Positions 20,046-30,021 of a stretch of DNA of 64,000 nt are shown piece by piece (the first letter of the stretch is position 1; each line of letters begins with the position of its first letter). Both the position numbers and the translations under genes were made by a program. This stretch comes from Planctomycetota bacterium (GTDB lineage Bacteria > Planctomycetota > JAJSAM01 > JAJVHW01): assembly GCA_965248445.1 (NCBI GenBank), contig CBDFJG010000004.1, forward strand, positions 32,001 to 96,000. The letters are read 5' to 3'. Under the pieces are notes generated by a model, which saw only the letters and a list, made by a program, of their open reading frames with translations, ran no database searches and was not told where the DNA came from.

Positions 20046-20768
20046 TCACTTGCTGCGGAGCAGTTCCCGTTCGCCGCGCGGCTGGAGGGCGCGGGCGTTG
20101 TCGCCCTGCTGTCCGCGTAGCGCATCGAGGTCCGACGGATTGACCTTCAGCGGACTCTGCATCACGTACCAGATCACGTTCTCCGTGCACGGCGGCGTCG
20201 TGAGCGAGCCGTGGTAGTGGAAGAACTGCTGGTGCGCCGGAACCAATCCACCGGGGTGGAACGTGAGTTCGCGCGTCTCCCCGTCTTGCAGTGGCAACAG
20301 GTCGCTGATCTCGCGAACGCGGCCGAGCTCACTCCCCGCCGATGCGTCGAGCATCACGCCGACCACGACCAGCCGCCCGTCGCCGCTGTCGTGGACGAGG
20401 TGCAGCTCGCCCGGGTACTTCTGGCCCGCGATCGCATGTTCGCCAGGTGTGTGGAAGTGGAACTGCAGCAGCGGGAAGAGCGCGTCGCCCACGCGGAGAC
20501 TCGAGCCGGAGCCGCAGTCCACATGCACGGCGGTGCCGCTGTCGCGCACGGTCACTTCGACGGGGTAGTACTCGAAGTGGACCGTAGAGAGGGCCACCGG
20601 CGTGGCATCCCGCAGATCGATGGGTGACTGCTTCACGCCGGTCGAGCATGCCACACCGGAGGAGTCGTACGGCCCGGAAGTCGAGGGTCCGCCGGCGCAC
20701 CCGGCCAGGAGACCGACGACTGCCGTCATCAGGATCGCCGGGGCGATCGCCTGGTGTCGCATGCGCAT
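20046..20768 (-). CDS. cah: Alpha-class carbonic anhydrase, lipoprotein
   Basis: LAGC lipobox; QSPIDL, QFHFH..EH, ELHLVH, YHGSLTTPPCTE. Confidence 0.92.
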   Translation of the reverse strand: MRMRHQAIAPAILMTAVVGLLAGCAGGPSTSGPYDSSGVACSTGVKQSPIDLRDATPVALSTVHFEYYPVEVTVRDSGTAVHVDCGSGSSLRVGDALFPLLQFHFHTPGEHAIAGQKYPGELHLVHDSGDGRLVVVGVMLDASAGSELGRVREISDLLPLQDGETRELTFHPGGLVPAHQQFFHYHGSLTTPPCTENVIWYVMQSPLKVNPSDLDALRGQQGDNARALQPRGERELLRSK

Positions 20769-20840
20769 GCCTTCCTCCCAGACGCCGGGACGGGGCGCGC
20801 AATGATCTGAATGGCGGACCCGGAAGACCCGGTTCCCGCC

Positions 20841-21041
20841 TCAGAAGTTGATGTCGTGAGTCGCCTCTCGCTTCACGAAGAACGACAGCTTGGGCGCATC
20901 GGGCTCGCCGCTCTTGTAGTCGCCGCGCATCACCGAATAGACCTCCCAGCCCGACCGGCCGAGGTCCCACAGGGCGTCCTCGCGCTCCTTCGTCGCCTTC
21001 ATGTCGACGACGATGATCTCGTACTTGTAGAGCGCGGCCAC
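20841..21041 (-). CDS. Small DUF4177-like protein
   Basis: YKYE...LGRSGWEV...FFVKR pattern. GTG start after GGAGG. Confidence 0.6.
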   Translation of the reverse strand: MAALYKYEIIVVDMKATKEREDALWDLGRSGWEVYSVMRGDYKSGEPDAPKLSFFVKREATHDINF

Positions 21042-21163
21042 ATGGCCCTCCCGATCGCGCAGAAGCTGACTCTTTCGCCCGGCGGGACGGCGACTGCCTG
21101 CCCTCCGAGCGACGCGGAAGTCTACTGTCCCCTCAGGGGCGCCTCCCGTGCTATGTTCCCGCC

Positions 21164-21847
21164 ATGCTGAGGAGGAAGCCCGTGGCACACCTTGGGGCGG
21201 TCGTCCCGACTCTCGCCATGCTCCTCGCCGGTGCCACTGTGACCGGCTGTGTCGAGCGGAAGATGGTGATCCGGTCCACACCCGCGGCATCGCGCGTCTT
21301 CGTCGACGGCCAAGAGGTCGAGGGCGCCCCGACAGCCGGAGGCGTCGAGGTCCCGTTCGACTGGGGCGGCACGCGCCAGGTCACGGTCATGGCGCCGGGC
21401 TACAAGGTTCTCGACCAGAACGTCGAAGTCGAGGACCCCTGGTACACGCGCTTCCCGTTCGACCTGGTCACCGACTTCGCGAACCCGTTCACGATCGAGG
21501 ACCGTCAGGAATTCGACCTGGCGCTCGAGCCGTATCACCCGATGAACCAGTCGTTCTCCGCCGCCCAGGAAGCGGAGATCGAGGAGCGGTTGCTCGGTCT
21601 GATGGCGCGCGCCGAGGCGCATCGCAAGGGCGGACTCGCCGGCCCCGATCAAGACGTGCTGCGGCGCGCTCGCGAGCGCGCGGTGCGTCCTGCGCCGGGC
21701 GCCCAGGCGGGCGTTCCGCCGCGCATGGACGGCAGTTCTGCGCCGCCGGTGCGAATGGAGGGCGACATCCCGCCTCCTGTTCGCTTCGGTACCGACGTCG
21801 AGGAGCCGCCGCCGCCGCCGCCCGCCCCGATTCGGGACAAGCGCTGA
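21164..21847 (+). CDS. PEGA-domain lipoprotein
   Basis: VTGC lipobox; IRSTPAASRVFVDG; Pro-rich tail. Confidence 0.8.
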   Translation: MLRRKPVAHLGAVVPTLAMLLAGATVTGCVERKMVIRSTPAASRVFVDGQEVEGAPTAGGVEVPFDWGGTRQVTVMAPGYKVLDQNVEVEDPWYTRFPFDLVTDFANPFTIEDRQEFDLALEPYHPMNQSFSAAQEAEIEERLLGLMARAEAHRKGGLAGPDQDVLRRARERAVRPAPGAQAGVPPRMDGSSAPPVRMEGDIPPPVRFGTDVEEPPPPPPAPIRDKR

Positions 21848-21854
21848 CGTTGCC

Positions 21855-23252
21855 GTGGTGAGACGAGTGGGCGCCGCTCGCCCGCGCGCAACTGTCATGG
21901 GCCTCGGTCTGTTCGGCGGCGGGGTCGCCGCCGCGCGTCATCTCGTCGCCGAGGGGTATGAGGTCACGGTGACCGACCTGCGCGGCGCTGATGTGCTCGC
22001 TCCGTCTGTCGCGGCGCTCGAGGGAATTGCCGTACGCTTCGTCCTGGGCCGTCACGAGATGCCGGACTTCAAAGAAGTCGGCCTCGTCGTCGTCAATCCG
22101 GCGGTTCCTCCGGGCAACGCGTTCGTCGAGGAGGCGCGGGCCGCGGGCGCGCGCCTCGACACCGAGATCGGGATGTTCGCGCGCTCCTGCCGCGGACGCG
22201 TCCTCGGCATCACGGGCACCGCAGGCAAGAGCACGACCGCCGCGTTGCTGCACTCCTGCCTCGTGGCCGCCCACGAGCGCGGGGGGCCGCGCCCGCACCT
22301 CGGCGGGAACATCGGACGGTCGCTTCTCGCGGACGTGTCGTCGATCGGCCCGGATGACCTGGTCGTGCTCGAGCTCTCGTCGTTCCAGTTGCACTGGCTG
22401 CGGCGGGATGGCTGGGCACCGGAGCTGGCCGTGGTCACCAACGTGAGCCCGAACCACCTGGATTGGCATGGCACGTTCGAGGCGTACCTCGACGACAAGG
22501 CGAGCATCCTCCCCGGCCCCGAGGGGCGCCTCGTCGCTTGCGCGGACGATGAAGGGGCACGCGAGCTGGCCTCTCGCGCCGGCTGCCCGGTCACCTGGAC
22601 GTCGCGCCACGAAGTGCCGGCAGACGGCGTCAGTGGCGTCGGCTTCCGCGGCGATCTCCTGGTCGCGCGCAGCGGAGGCGACGAGGAGATCTTGCTGACT
22701 CGCGGCGACGTGCGACTGCTCGGCGAGCACGCGCTGTGGAACGTCGCGGCGGCGGCGGCGGCGGCGCGACTCATCGGCACCCCGGCCCGCGCAATCCGCG
22801 ACGGCGTCCTCCAGTTCGACGGGCTGCCGCACCGGTTGCGTCCGATCGGGACGTACGCCGGAGCCCTCTGCGTGGACGACTCCAAGTCGACGACACCGAC
22901 CGCCACGGCCATGGCCCTCGGCGCATTCGACCGTCCCGTCTGGCTGCTCGCCGGCGGGTACGACAAGGGACTGGACCCGGCGCCCCTCGTGTCGGCCGCC
23001 GCTGCGGCGCGCGGCGTCGCCTGCTTCGGTGCGACGCGCGAGGCACTGGCCGAGGCACTCCGCGCGGCCGGCGTGAACACGATCGTCCACGAGACGCTCG
23101 ACGAGTGCATCGCGTCACTGGCGCGCGACGTCGACCCGGAGGACGTGGTGCTGCTCTCTCCCGGCCACGCTTCGTGGGACCAATTCCGGAACTACGAGGC
23201 CCGTGGTGTCGCGTTCGAACAGTCGGTGCGGCGTCATCTCGGCCGCGCCTGA
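21855..23252 (+). CDS. murD: UDP-N-acetylmuramoyl-L-alanine--D-glutamate ligase
   Basis: GLGLFGGG, ITGTAGKSTT, GGNIG, ELSSFQL, NHLDWH, DDSKST, LLSPG.ASWDQF.NYE.RG. Confidence 0.95.
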   Translation: MVRRVGAARPRATVMGLGLFGGGVAAARHLVAEGYEVTVTDLRGADVLAPSVAALEGIAVRFVLGRHEMPDFKEVGLVVVNPAVPPGNAFVEEARAAGARLDTEIGMFARSCRGRVLGITGTAGKSTTAALLHSCLVAAHERGGPRPHLGGNIGRSLLADVSSIGPDDLVVLELSSFQLHWLRRDGWAPELAVVTNVSPNHLDWHGTFEAYLDDKASILPGPEGRLVACADDEGARELASRAGCPVTWTSRHEVPADGVSGVGFRGDLLVARSGGDEEILLTRGDVRLLGEHALWNVAAAAAAARLIGTPARAIRDGVLQFDGLPHRLRPIGTYAGALCVDDSKSTTPTATAMALGAFDRPVWLLAGGYDKGLDPAPLVSAAAAARGVACFGATREALAEALRAAGVNTIVHETLDECIASLARDVDPEDVVLLSPGHASWDQFRNYEARGVAFEQSVRRHLGRA

Positions 23253-23261
23253 GGAGGCGCC

Positions 23262-23708
23262 CTGACGTTCGACGAGCTGGACCGCTCGATTGCAGCGTGG
23301 ATGCGGCGACACGGCGTGTTGCTCGTCCGCGTGGCACTCGCCGTGATCTTCATCTGGTTTGGGCTCCTGAAGCCGCTGGGGATCAGCCCGGCCGAGGACC
23401 TGATCCGGAACACCGTGTATTGGATCGATCCGGAGGTCTTCCTTCCCGTCCTCGGATGGTGGGAGGTGCTCATCGGTGTGTGCCTGCTCTACCGGCCGTG
23501 CATCCGTGTGGCGCTCTTCCTGCTCGCGCTCCAGATCCCGGGGACGTTCCTGCCGCTGGTCCTGCTGCCCGACGTGTGCTTCACCGAGTTCCCGCTGGGG
23601 CTGACGATGGAGGGTCAGTACATCGTCAAGAACCTGGTTTTGATCGGCGCGGCCATCGTGGTCGGCGGCACCGTGCGCGCCCGCCCGGCTGCCGACCGTC
23701 TCCTCTGA
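23262..23708 (+). CDS. DoxX-family membrane protein (start CTG at 23262 or ATG at 23301)
   Basis: LVRVALAVIFIWFGLLK, EGQYIVKNLVL. Confidence 0.8.
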   Translation: MTFDELDRSIAAWMRRHGVLLVRVALAVIFIWFGLLKPLGISPAEDLIRNTVYWIDPEVFLPVLGWWEVLIGVCLLYRPCIRVALFLLALQIPGTFLPLVLLPDVCFTEFPLGLTMEGQYIVKNLVLIGAAIVVGGTVRARPAADRLL

Positions 23709-23787
23709 GTCTCTGTGTCGTCTCTGGGGGGGCCGACGCCCTCCCCAGTTTCCGGACGCCTGTCGGGTCAAGCGGTAGACTCCTCGC

Positions 23788-24381
23788 GTGAAGTGTCAGC
23801 GGTGCAACGAACGCGAAGCAGAGGTGCACTTCACTGAGATTCTCGACGAGCAGGAGATGCGCGAACTGCACCTCTGCGAGGGGTGCGCGCAGGACGAGGA
23901 CGTGCCCTCGACCGGCAGCGTCCTGGGCATGCTATCGAGCGCGGTGTTGCCGGCGGGCGCCGGCGGAACCGCCGACGAGCCGGCCGGCCTGCGCTGCGAG
24001 GGCTGCGGCCTGGGCTATCGCGAGTTCCGCGCCCGCGGCCGCCTGGGATGTCCCGATTGCTACGAGACGTTCGGCGTCCCGCTCGAGCCGCTCCTCGAGA
24101 AGATCCACGGCGGCACCCGGCACGTCGGCAAGGCGCCGGATGCCTCGTCGGCGGGTGACCGGACTCGCGAGCGCCGGCTGGTCGCGCTGCGGCGCGAGTT
24201 GCAGACGGCGGTGCGCGACGAGCGGTACGAGAAGGCCGCCGAACTGCGCGATCACCTGGCGCACTTCGACGACGAGGCCCCTGCCACCTCTGCGGCGCCC
24301 GTTGCCGCATCGGACGACGCTGCGGAGGGCGCCGACGCCGCCGACGCCGCCGACGCTGGGGACTCCGATGCGGGTAGTTGA
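23788..24381 (+). CDS. mcsA: Protein-arginine kinase activator McsA
   Basis: Four CxxC motifs, GRLGCPDCYETF, HVGKAP, UVR motif ERYEKAAELRD. Confidence 0.92.
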   Translation: MKCQRCNEREAEVHFTEILDEQEMRELHLCEGCAQDEDVPSTGSVLGMLSSAVLPAGAGGTADEPAGLRCEGCGLGYREFRARGRLGCPDCYETFGVPLEPLLEKIHGGTRHVGKAPDASSAGDRTRERRLVALRRELQTAVRDERYEKAAELRDHLAHFDDEAPATSAAPVAASDDAAEGADAADAADAGDSDAGS

Positions 24382-25438
24382 GTCCTTCGAAGGCGACGGC
24401 GTCAGCGGTGGCGAGTGGCTCTCGACGCGGGGAGCCGATGCCGACATCGTGATCTCATCGCGTGTACGCCTCGCTCGGAACCTCGGCGAGAACCGCTTCA
24501 TCGTGAAGGCCACCCCCGAGGAGCGGGTCGCAGTCGAGGATGAGATTCGCGCCGCGCTGGGCGGCGTCGACTTCGGTGCGGAGATGATCTACGTGGACCT
24601 CACGAAGGCCACACGGCTGGATGCCGAAGTGCTCGTCGAGCGCCATCTCGTCTCGCGTGAGCTCGCCCGAGGCGAGGGTCCGCGCGCGGCGTGCTTCTCG
24701 CCCGATGAGCGCACGTCGATCATGGTCTGCGAGGAGGATCACCTGCGCCTGCAGGTGTTGCGCAGCGGGCTGGAACTCGATGATGCGTGGACGGCGGCCG
24801 ACGAACTCGACGACCGCATCTCGCGCAAGGTCGACTACGCGTACTCGAGCAAGTACGGGTACCTCACCTGCTGTCCGACGAACGTCGGCACGGGGCTGCG
24901 CGCGAGCGTGATGCTGCACCTGCCGGCGCTCGTCTACACCAAGCACATCGAGAAGGTGTTCCAGGCCGGCGCGAAGATGAACCTCGCGGTGCGCGGGCTC
25001 TACGGCGAGGGCACTCAGGCGCTCGGCGACTTCTACCAGATCAGCAATCAGGTGGCGCTCGGCAAGAGCGAACCCGACCTGCTGGACCACCTGAACCGCG
25101 TGGTGCCGCAGTTCATCGAGTATGAGCGTTCGATTCGCAAGGAGTTGCTCAAGTCTGACCGCGAGCGGCTCGAGGACCGCGTGTGGCGCGCCTACTCGAC
25201 GCTGCGCGCCGCCCGCGCGATCTCGAGCGAGGAGGCACTCGAGATGCTCTCCGCTGTCCGGCTGGGCGTGAATCTCGGACTGCTCCCCGCCGAGTTGACG
25301 ATCCGCCAGGTCAACGAGTTGTTCATCCTCTCCCAGCCCGCGCATCTGCAGCGCTGGTCCACCGGCCCGCTCGAGCCCCGCGAACGCGACGTGGCCCGAG
25401 CCACCCTGATCCGCAAGCAGCTCGGCGAGGTCGCGTAG
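24368..25438 (+). CDS. mcsB: Protein-arginine kinase McsB
   Basis: SSRVRLARN, EEDHLRLQ, LTCCPTNVGTGLRASVMLHLP, QISNQ, QPAHLQ. Confidence 0.94.
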   Translation: MRVVESFEGDGVSGGEWLSTRGADADIVISSRVRLARNLGENRFIVKATPEERVAVEDEIRAALGGVDFGAEMIYVDLTKATRLDAEVLVERHLVSRELARGEGPRAACFSPDERTSIMVCEEDHLRLQVLRSGLELDDAWTAADELDDRISRKVDYAYSSKYGYLTCCPTNVGTGLRASVMLHLPALVYTKHIEKVFQAGAKMNLAVRGLYGEGTQALGDFYQISNQVALGKSEPDLLDHLNRVVPQFIEYERSIRKELLKSDRERLEDRVWRAYSTLRAARAISSEEALEMLSAVRLGVNLGLLPAELTIRQVNELFILSQPAHLQRWSTGPLEPRERDVARATLIRKQLGEVA

Positions 25439-25442
25439 CGCC

Positions 25443-25466
25443 CGCCCGCGCCGAACGGCGCGGGCG
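25443..25466 (+). terminator. GC hairpin directly after mcsB
   Basis: CGCCCGCGCCG-AA-CGGCGCGGGCG; no U-tract. Confidence 0.45.
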
Positions 25467-25521
25467 CGTAGAGTGGGGGGCAGGCGGCGCTGCCGCGCTC
25501 GGCGGCTCCGGGGAGGATGCA

Positions 25522-27234
25522 ATGGTCGCTTCGCGCCGCGCGATCTTCGGATTGGTGATCGCGTTCGCGGCCGGAGTGCTGGTTGGTCTCTCGATGCGCG
25601 GCGACGGGTCCGCCGATCGGCACGACACTGCCAAACGGCGCGGGCCTGCGGAGCGGGAGGGGACGGCGCAGGCGGTCGCGCCGGATTCTCAACCGGACCG
25701 CAAGCGCGACCGCATCGACGTGACGGCCGCCCGAAACAGTGTGCAAGATGATGCGCCGACACCGGGAGACACGTCGGCCGGTGCCCCAGATGCTGGCGCG
25801 GCCACCGCGCCGACCGTATCGGATGCGCCGGCGGCGGCCTCCGCCGCGCCCACCGGTGCGTGGACGGACGCGCGCGCAGGACAAGTGAAGTTCCACTTCG
25901 AGCAGGCCGTCTCGCTCGAGACGGGGAAGGTCGTGGACGCGGACGCTGCCGATCTCATTCTCACGGGTACTGCCGGAGGTCTGTCCTCACTGACGTTCCG
26001 CGCGCCGCATGGAGCGATCACGCTGCATGATCTGCTCGGGCGCATCGACCGGCGGGAGCAGAGCGACGAAGACCCTCGACTGCTGTTTCACGCGCTCGGC
26101 GGCATCGATCCGAACCGGATCGGGATGCCGGAGGTGGCCGAGGTGGACTCCCGCAGCCCGCGCTCCGAGGTGCTGCTCGTCCGGACGCGCAACGGGGGCT
26201 TCGCCAAGGTTCTCGTGGCGGCGCGCGCCGAGGGACGAGATTGGCAGAAGCGCGAGGTGACACTCCAGTACGTGCACAACCCGAGTGCTCCCGCGTTCAA
26301 GGACCTCGGGGACGGTCACGACGAGCGTGTCGGCCTGCTCTTCCCCTCGTCGACCACTCTGCGCAACTTCGCCATCGCGGTGACCGCGCCGGCCCCGGGG
26401 CACCGTGCGGGCGAGGCCGTGGCGGAGGGCTGCATGCCCGATCCCCAGCGCGTGCAGGAGGTCCTGCACGCGCGTTCCGCTTTCAAGGACTACGAGAAGG
26501 CCACGTACAGCTTCGAGAAGCGTCTGCGGGACGATCCCGAGAAGATCACGCGCAACGACTGGGACCTGCAGTTCTCGGGCGATCTCTTCCGAGTCCGGAT
26601 GGTCACGGACGACACGTCGACCATCTCCGACCTCGGGTTGGCGACGTGGGATGAGATTGCGGCGCGCGCCGTGCTGGCGGAGCGGACTCACTCCGAGGTT
26701 CCTGCGCGTGGCTCGCACGTCTACCTCATCCGCACGCGCGACACAGAATCGGCCCACACGACCCTCATCCGCGTCACGGCGTTCCAACCGGGGCGGTTCG
26801 CGGCCATCGAGTGGCTCACGGCGAGGCGGGGCGAGATCACTGCGTCGCCGGAGTTCTCGGACCCGGGCGGGGTACGCGGCGCGTTGGAACGCATCCTGCT
26901 CGAGACGGACGGGGGCGGGCGCGCACCCCTGGCCGACGATCTGTCGGACAGGGCCGCGGGCGTGTACGTCGCCCTCGCGGCACATCGCGGCGCGTTCTAC
27001 GTGGACTACGACTGGACACTCCAGCGGCTGCTCGACCGGATGTCGGAGAGCGGCATCACAACCTCGATTGCCCCGACGCTCGGTGGCGAGACGTTGACGA
27101 CCACGCTCGATGCCGGGGGCACGGGGATCACACTCTCGGATCTCCTGGACATGGTGACCCGGCAACTGGGAGCAGCGTGGACGGTCGACAGCAACGGCGT
27201 CCTCCGCGTCGAGCCTGTGGCCGTTCGCCGCTGA
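25522..27234 (+). CDS. Hypothetical membrane-anchored exported protein
   Basis: SD GGAGG, N-terminal TM, Ala/Pro linker, two similar beta-rich modules, STN-like C-terminus. Confidence 0.75.
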   Translation: MVASRRAIFGLVIAFAAGVLVGLSMRGDGSADRHDTAKRRGPAEREGTAQAVAPDSQPDRKRDRIDVTAARNSVQDDAPTPGDTSAGAPDAGAATAPTVSDAPAAASAAPTGAWTDARAGQVKFHFEQAVSLETGKVVDADAADLILTGTAGGLSSLTFRAPHGAITLHDLLGRIDRREQSDEDPRLLFHALGGIDPNRIGMPEVAEVDSRSPRSEVLLVRTRNGGFAKVLVAARAEGRDWQKREVTLQYVHNPSAPAFKDLGDGHDERVGLLFPSSTTLRNFAIAVTAPAPGHRAGEAVAEGCMPDPQRVQEVLHARSAFKDYEKATYSFEKRLRDDPEKITRNDWDLQFSGDLFRVRMVTDDTSTISDLGLATWDEIAARAVLAERTHSEVPARGSHVYLIRTRDTESAHTTLIRVTAFQPGRFAAIEWLTARRGEITASPEFSDPGGVRGALERILLETDGGGRAPLADDLSDRAAGVYVALAAHRGAFYVDYDWTLQRLLDRMSESGITTSIAPTLGGETLTTTLDAGGTGITLSDLLDMVTRQLGAAWTVDSNGVLRVEPVAVRR

Positions 27235-27353
27235 GCCTCGGAGGACGCCTCGCGGCGGCTTCCATTGACCGGAGATGAAGCGGTGACCAGGGGGCGGCAG
27301 TCTGCGACGATCCCCGCTCACTGAGATCCGCACCCCTTCGGAGGACCGACTCG

Positions 27354-27863
27354 ATGAGGCACCCGTTCCTGCCCCGTCTGCGCCAGCTGGCGCTCCTGGC
27401 ACTCTGTCTGCTCGTGGTGACCGCCTGCGGCGTCACCCGGAGCGCCCGATCTGACGCGCCGCTGCCCGCGGCGGTGTACGACCTACTCCCGGCCGCCGAG
27501 GCGGGTACGGTCGGCGTCGGGTCGCTCGCGACGGTCGCCAACGCGGAGGACGTCGACCCCCACGCGCCGGGCGTCCTCGACTACCTCTCGACGGTGCCGG
27601 AGAACGCCATCTGGTGGCCGTGGAAGATCGTGGGCGGAACGGTGAAGGGCTTCGTGGACGGGATCGCCGGCGGCTTCACACCCGACCGATTGCCCATCCT
27701 CGGATTGCTGTTCTCACCGGTGAACGCGGCCGTGGGCACGCTGACGGGGTTCACAATCGGGACGCTGTCAGCGCCCGGCTTGATCGGGCCCCGCGACAAC
27801 TTCAGCAAGACGATGAGCGTCCCGATGGCTCGACCGACCCCGATCTGGTGGCTCCCGAACTGA
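27354..27863 (+). CDS. Hypothetical lipoprotein
   Basis: SD GGAGG; VTAC lipobox. Confidence 0.7.
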   Translation: MRHPFLPRLRQLALLALCLLVVTACGVTRSARSDAPLPAAVYDLLPAAEAGTVGVGSLATVANAEDVDPHAPGVLDYLSTVPENAIWWPWKIVGGTVKGFVDGIAGGFTPDRLPILGLLFSPVNAAVGTLTGFTIGTLSAPGLIGPRDNFSKTMSVPMARPTPIWWLPN

Positions 27864-27886
27864 TACGGGTGCGCACGACGATGGTC

Positions 27887-27983
27887 GCGGGCGGGGGTGG
27901 AACCCCGCACCTACAGCAGCGGGAGCAGCCATGTCGTTCGAACAGGCGAGCCAGACGTAGGGGCGGGGTTCCATCCCCGCCGC
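27887..27983. repeat. Inverted pair of GTAG-type REP palindromes
   Basis: GTAGGTGCGGGGTTCCACCCCCGCCCGC (minus, 27887-27914) and GTAGGGGCGGGGTTCCATCCCCGCCGC (plus, 27957-27983). Confidence 0.75.
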
Positions 27984-28148
27984 GTGGAGGGGGCTCGCGC
28001 TCGTTGCGTGAATAGCGAGGGCGCGCGGGTTGCGGAGCAAGCCGCGTGACCGAAGCCCTTCCGCAGCGTCCGGAGGACGATGCGGAAGGGAAACGCATCT
28101 GACGCGAACGGCACCCGGATCGCCTCGCGAGCCGGATGCCGTTCGCAG

Positions 28149-28634
28149 TCAGATCCCGGCGACTTCGAAGTAGCTGTCTTCGAGGAGGTCGAGGATCTCC
28201 TCGCCGGAGATGTCCACACGAGCGGGGATCTCGACGTAGCGCCACTCGGCGTCCGCCTTGATCCCGTCGTCGTCGTGCGCCATGCTCGACCAGTCGCTGC
28301 GGTTGATCCCGGCCTCGCTCAGCTTCAGGTAGAGCCGCACGTCGTCCGGCTCGAGCTTGTCCGACTTGCGGTCCCAGCCGTCGCCGTTGGGCCGGAGCAA
28401 GACGCCCGCGAAGAGGACAGGCGTCTTACGGCCCTCCTTCTTGCGCCCGAACGTCAGGTCGTACTGCGCGCCGTTCTGGCCGGCCTTGGCGCCCTGGTGG
28501 AGGACCACTCCGTCCAGATCCATGGCGATGCGGGTGACGCGCTCGAGCACCTCGTGCTCCCTCGTGGAGCGGCCTTCTGCGATGTCCTTGCGACCGTGCT
28601 CGCGCATCCAGGTGCGCGCCTTCTCGAGACTCAT
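28149..28634 (-). CDS. Hypothetical protein
   Basis: SD GGAG, GC-rich third positions, protein-like composition. Confidence 0.7.
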   Translation of the reverse strand: MSLEKARTWMREHGRKDIAEGRSTREHEVLERVTRIAMDLDGVVLHQGAKAGQNGAQYDLTFGRKKEGRKTPVLFAGVLLRPNGDGWDRKSDKLEPDDVRLYLKLSEAGINRSDWSSMAHDDDGIKADAEWRYVEIPARVDISGEEILDLLEDSYFEVAGI

Positions 28635-28870
28635 CTGCCACTCCCTCCAGCAGCGCCCCGAGCCTGCGTCGACGGCGTAGGACTCCTACGCACGAGGACC
28701 ATTGCAGGCAGCGGGACGCGAACCCTCGACCGGACGCGGCTGACGCCGCGGTCCCGTCTTCTCGCCGGGAGCCTACGGTACCGGAGTCGTCTGCCGAGGG
28801 GGAAAGAGGCCCCGGACGAGCCTGGAGCCGGTCCGCCAGCCTGCCCGGGGCGACATCGGGAGGCCGGGAC

Positions 28871-30013
28871 TCAGCGAACCAGCCCGACCGGCGCGTAGGC
28901 GTGTTCCGGGAAGACGGCCGATTGCTCGGTGGCCCCGAAGCGGGCCGCCAGCAGTTCCCACAGGAGGTCCCGGAAGTCCGTGGTGACCGTCAGGTCGCCG
29001 GGTCCCTCCGTGTCGTCCTCGGCGATGCCGGGCCAGTCGTTCGCGATGACCCGCCCCCGACAGACCTTCGTGTCGAGCACGAAGCCGCACGACGCCCGGC
29101 CGTGATCGGTGCCGAGCGACGCGTTCTCGTACACGCGGCGTCCGAACTCGGTCAGGCAGACCACGCTGACGTCGTCCCGCTGGGACCCGAGATCCACATC
29201 GAAGGCCGCCAGCGCGTCCGCGAGCTCCTTCAAGCGGCCCTCGAGCAGTGCGCCTTGACCGAAGTGCGTGTCGAATCCGCCGTGGTCGACCGCCGCGATC
29301 CGGAGGCCGACCCCGCCGCGGATGACCTGCGCCACCTGGGCGAGCGTGCGGCCGAGCCGCGTGTCGGGATAGCGGTTCGCCACCTCGTCGCCGGACTGGA
29401 CGTCCTCGATGCGCTGCAAGAGCGCGAGCGCGTCGCGACCGGAGCGGCGCAACAGCGCGTTCCCGTTGTCGAGACTCGGCAGGGGTTCCGCGTACAACGC
29501 GCCGAGCGCCTCGGCGAATGCGGCGTCGTGGCCCTTGCGCGTGCGCAGCCGGATGTCCGCGAGCGTCTCGACCGCAGTGACGGAGGGTGCGCCGCGGAGC
29601 GACTCGGGAACCGAGCGGCCGAACGCCAGTGCGGATAGCGCGCCGGGACGCGCGAGTGTGCGCAGCCAGCGCGCGGCCCAACCGCTGCCGAGCGGCGACT
29701 TGACGCTCGCGCCGTGCTCCATCTGGTCCTGCGCTTCGAAGTGTGAACGCGTGTCGTCGTCGGAGCCGAGCGCGTGCACGAAGTCGAGGCGTCCTTCGCG
29801 GAACGCGGGCAAGAGTGCTTCGAGACCCGGGTTCATGGCGAAGCGGTCGTCGAGCGGGATCGCACCGTCGGTCGTCTGCCCGGGCTTGCGCCGCGACAGC
29901 GCGATCGACGGGCGCCTCTTCATGTACGCGTCCTCGAACGTCGGGACGACGGCGTTCAAGCCGTCGAGTCCGCCGCGCAGGAAGACGACGACGAGTGTTC
30001 GTTGGTCGCTCAT
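28871..30013 (-). CDS. DUF1501-domain protein
   Basis: VVVFLRGGLDGLN, TRSHFEAQ, GGFDTH, TEFGRR..EN...GTDHG, DFRD. Confidence 0.9.
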   Translation of the reverse strand: MSDQRTLVVVFLRGGLDGLNAVVPTFEDAYMKRRPSIALSRRKPGQTTDGAIPLDDRFAMNPGLEALLPAFREGRLDFVHALGSDDDTRSHFEAQDQMEHGASVKSPLGSGWAARWLRTLARPGALSALAFGRSVPESLRGAPSVTAVETLADIRLRTRKGHDAAFAEALGALYAEPLPSLDNGNALLRRSGRDALALLQRIEDVQSGDEVANRYPDTRLGRTLAQVAQVIRGGVGLRIAAVDHGGFDTHFGQGALLEGRLKELADALAAFDVDLGSQRDDVSVVCLTEFGRRVYENASLGTDHGRASCGFVLDTKVCRGRVIANDWPGIAEDDTEGPGDLTVTTDFRDLLWELLAARFGATEQSAVFPEHAYAPVGLVR

Positions 30014-30021
30014 GCCGTCTC

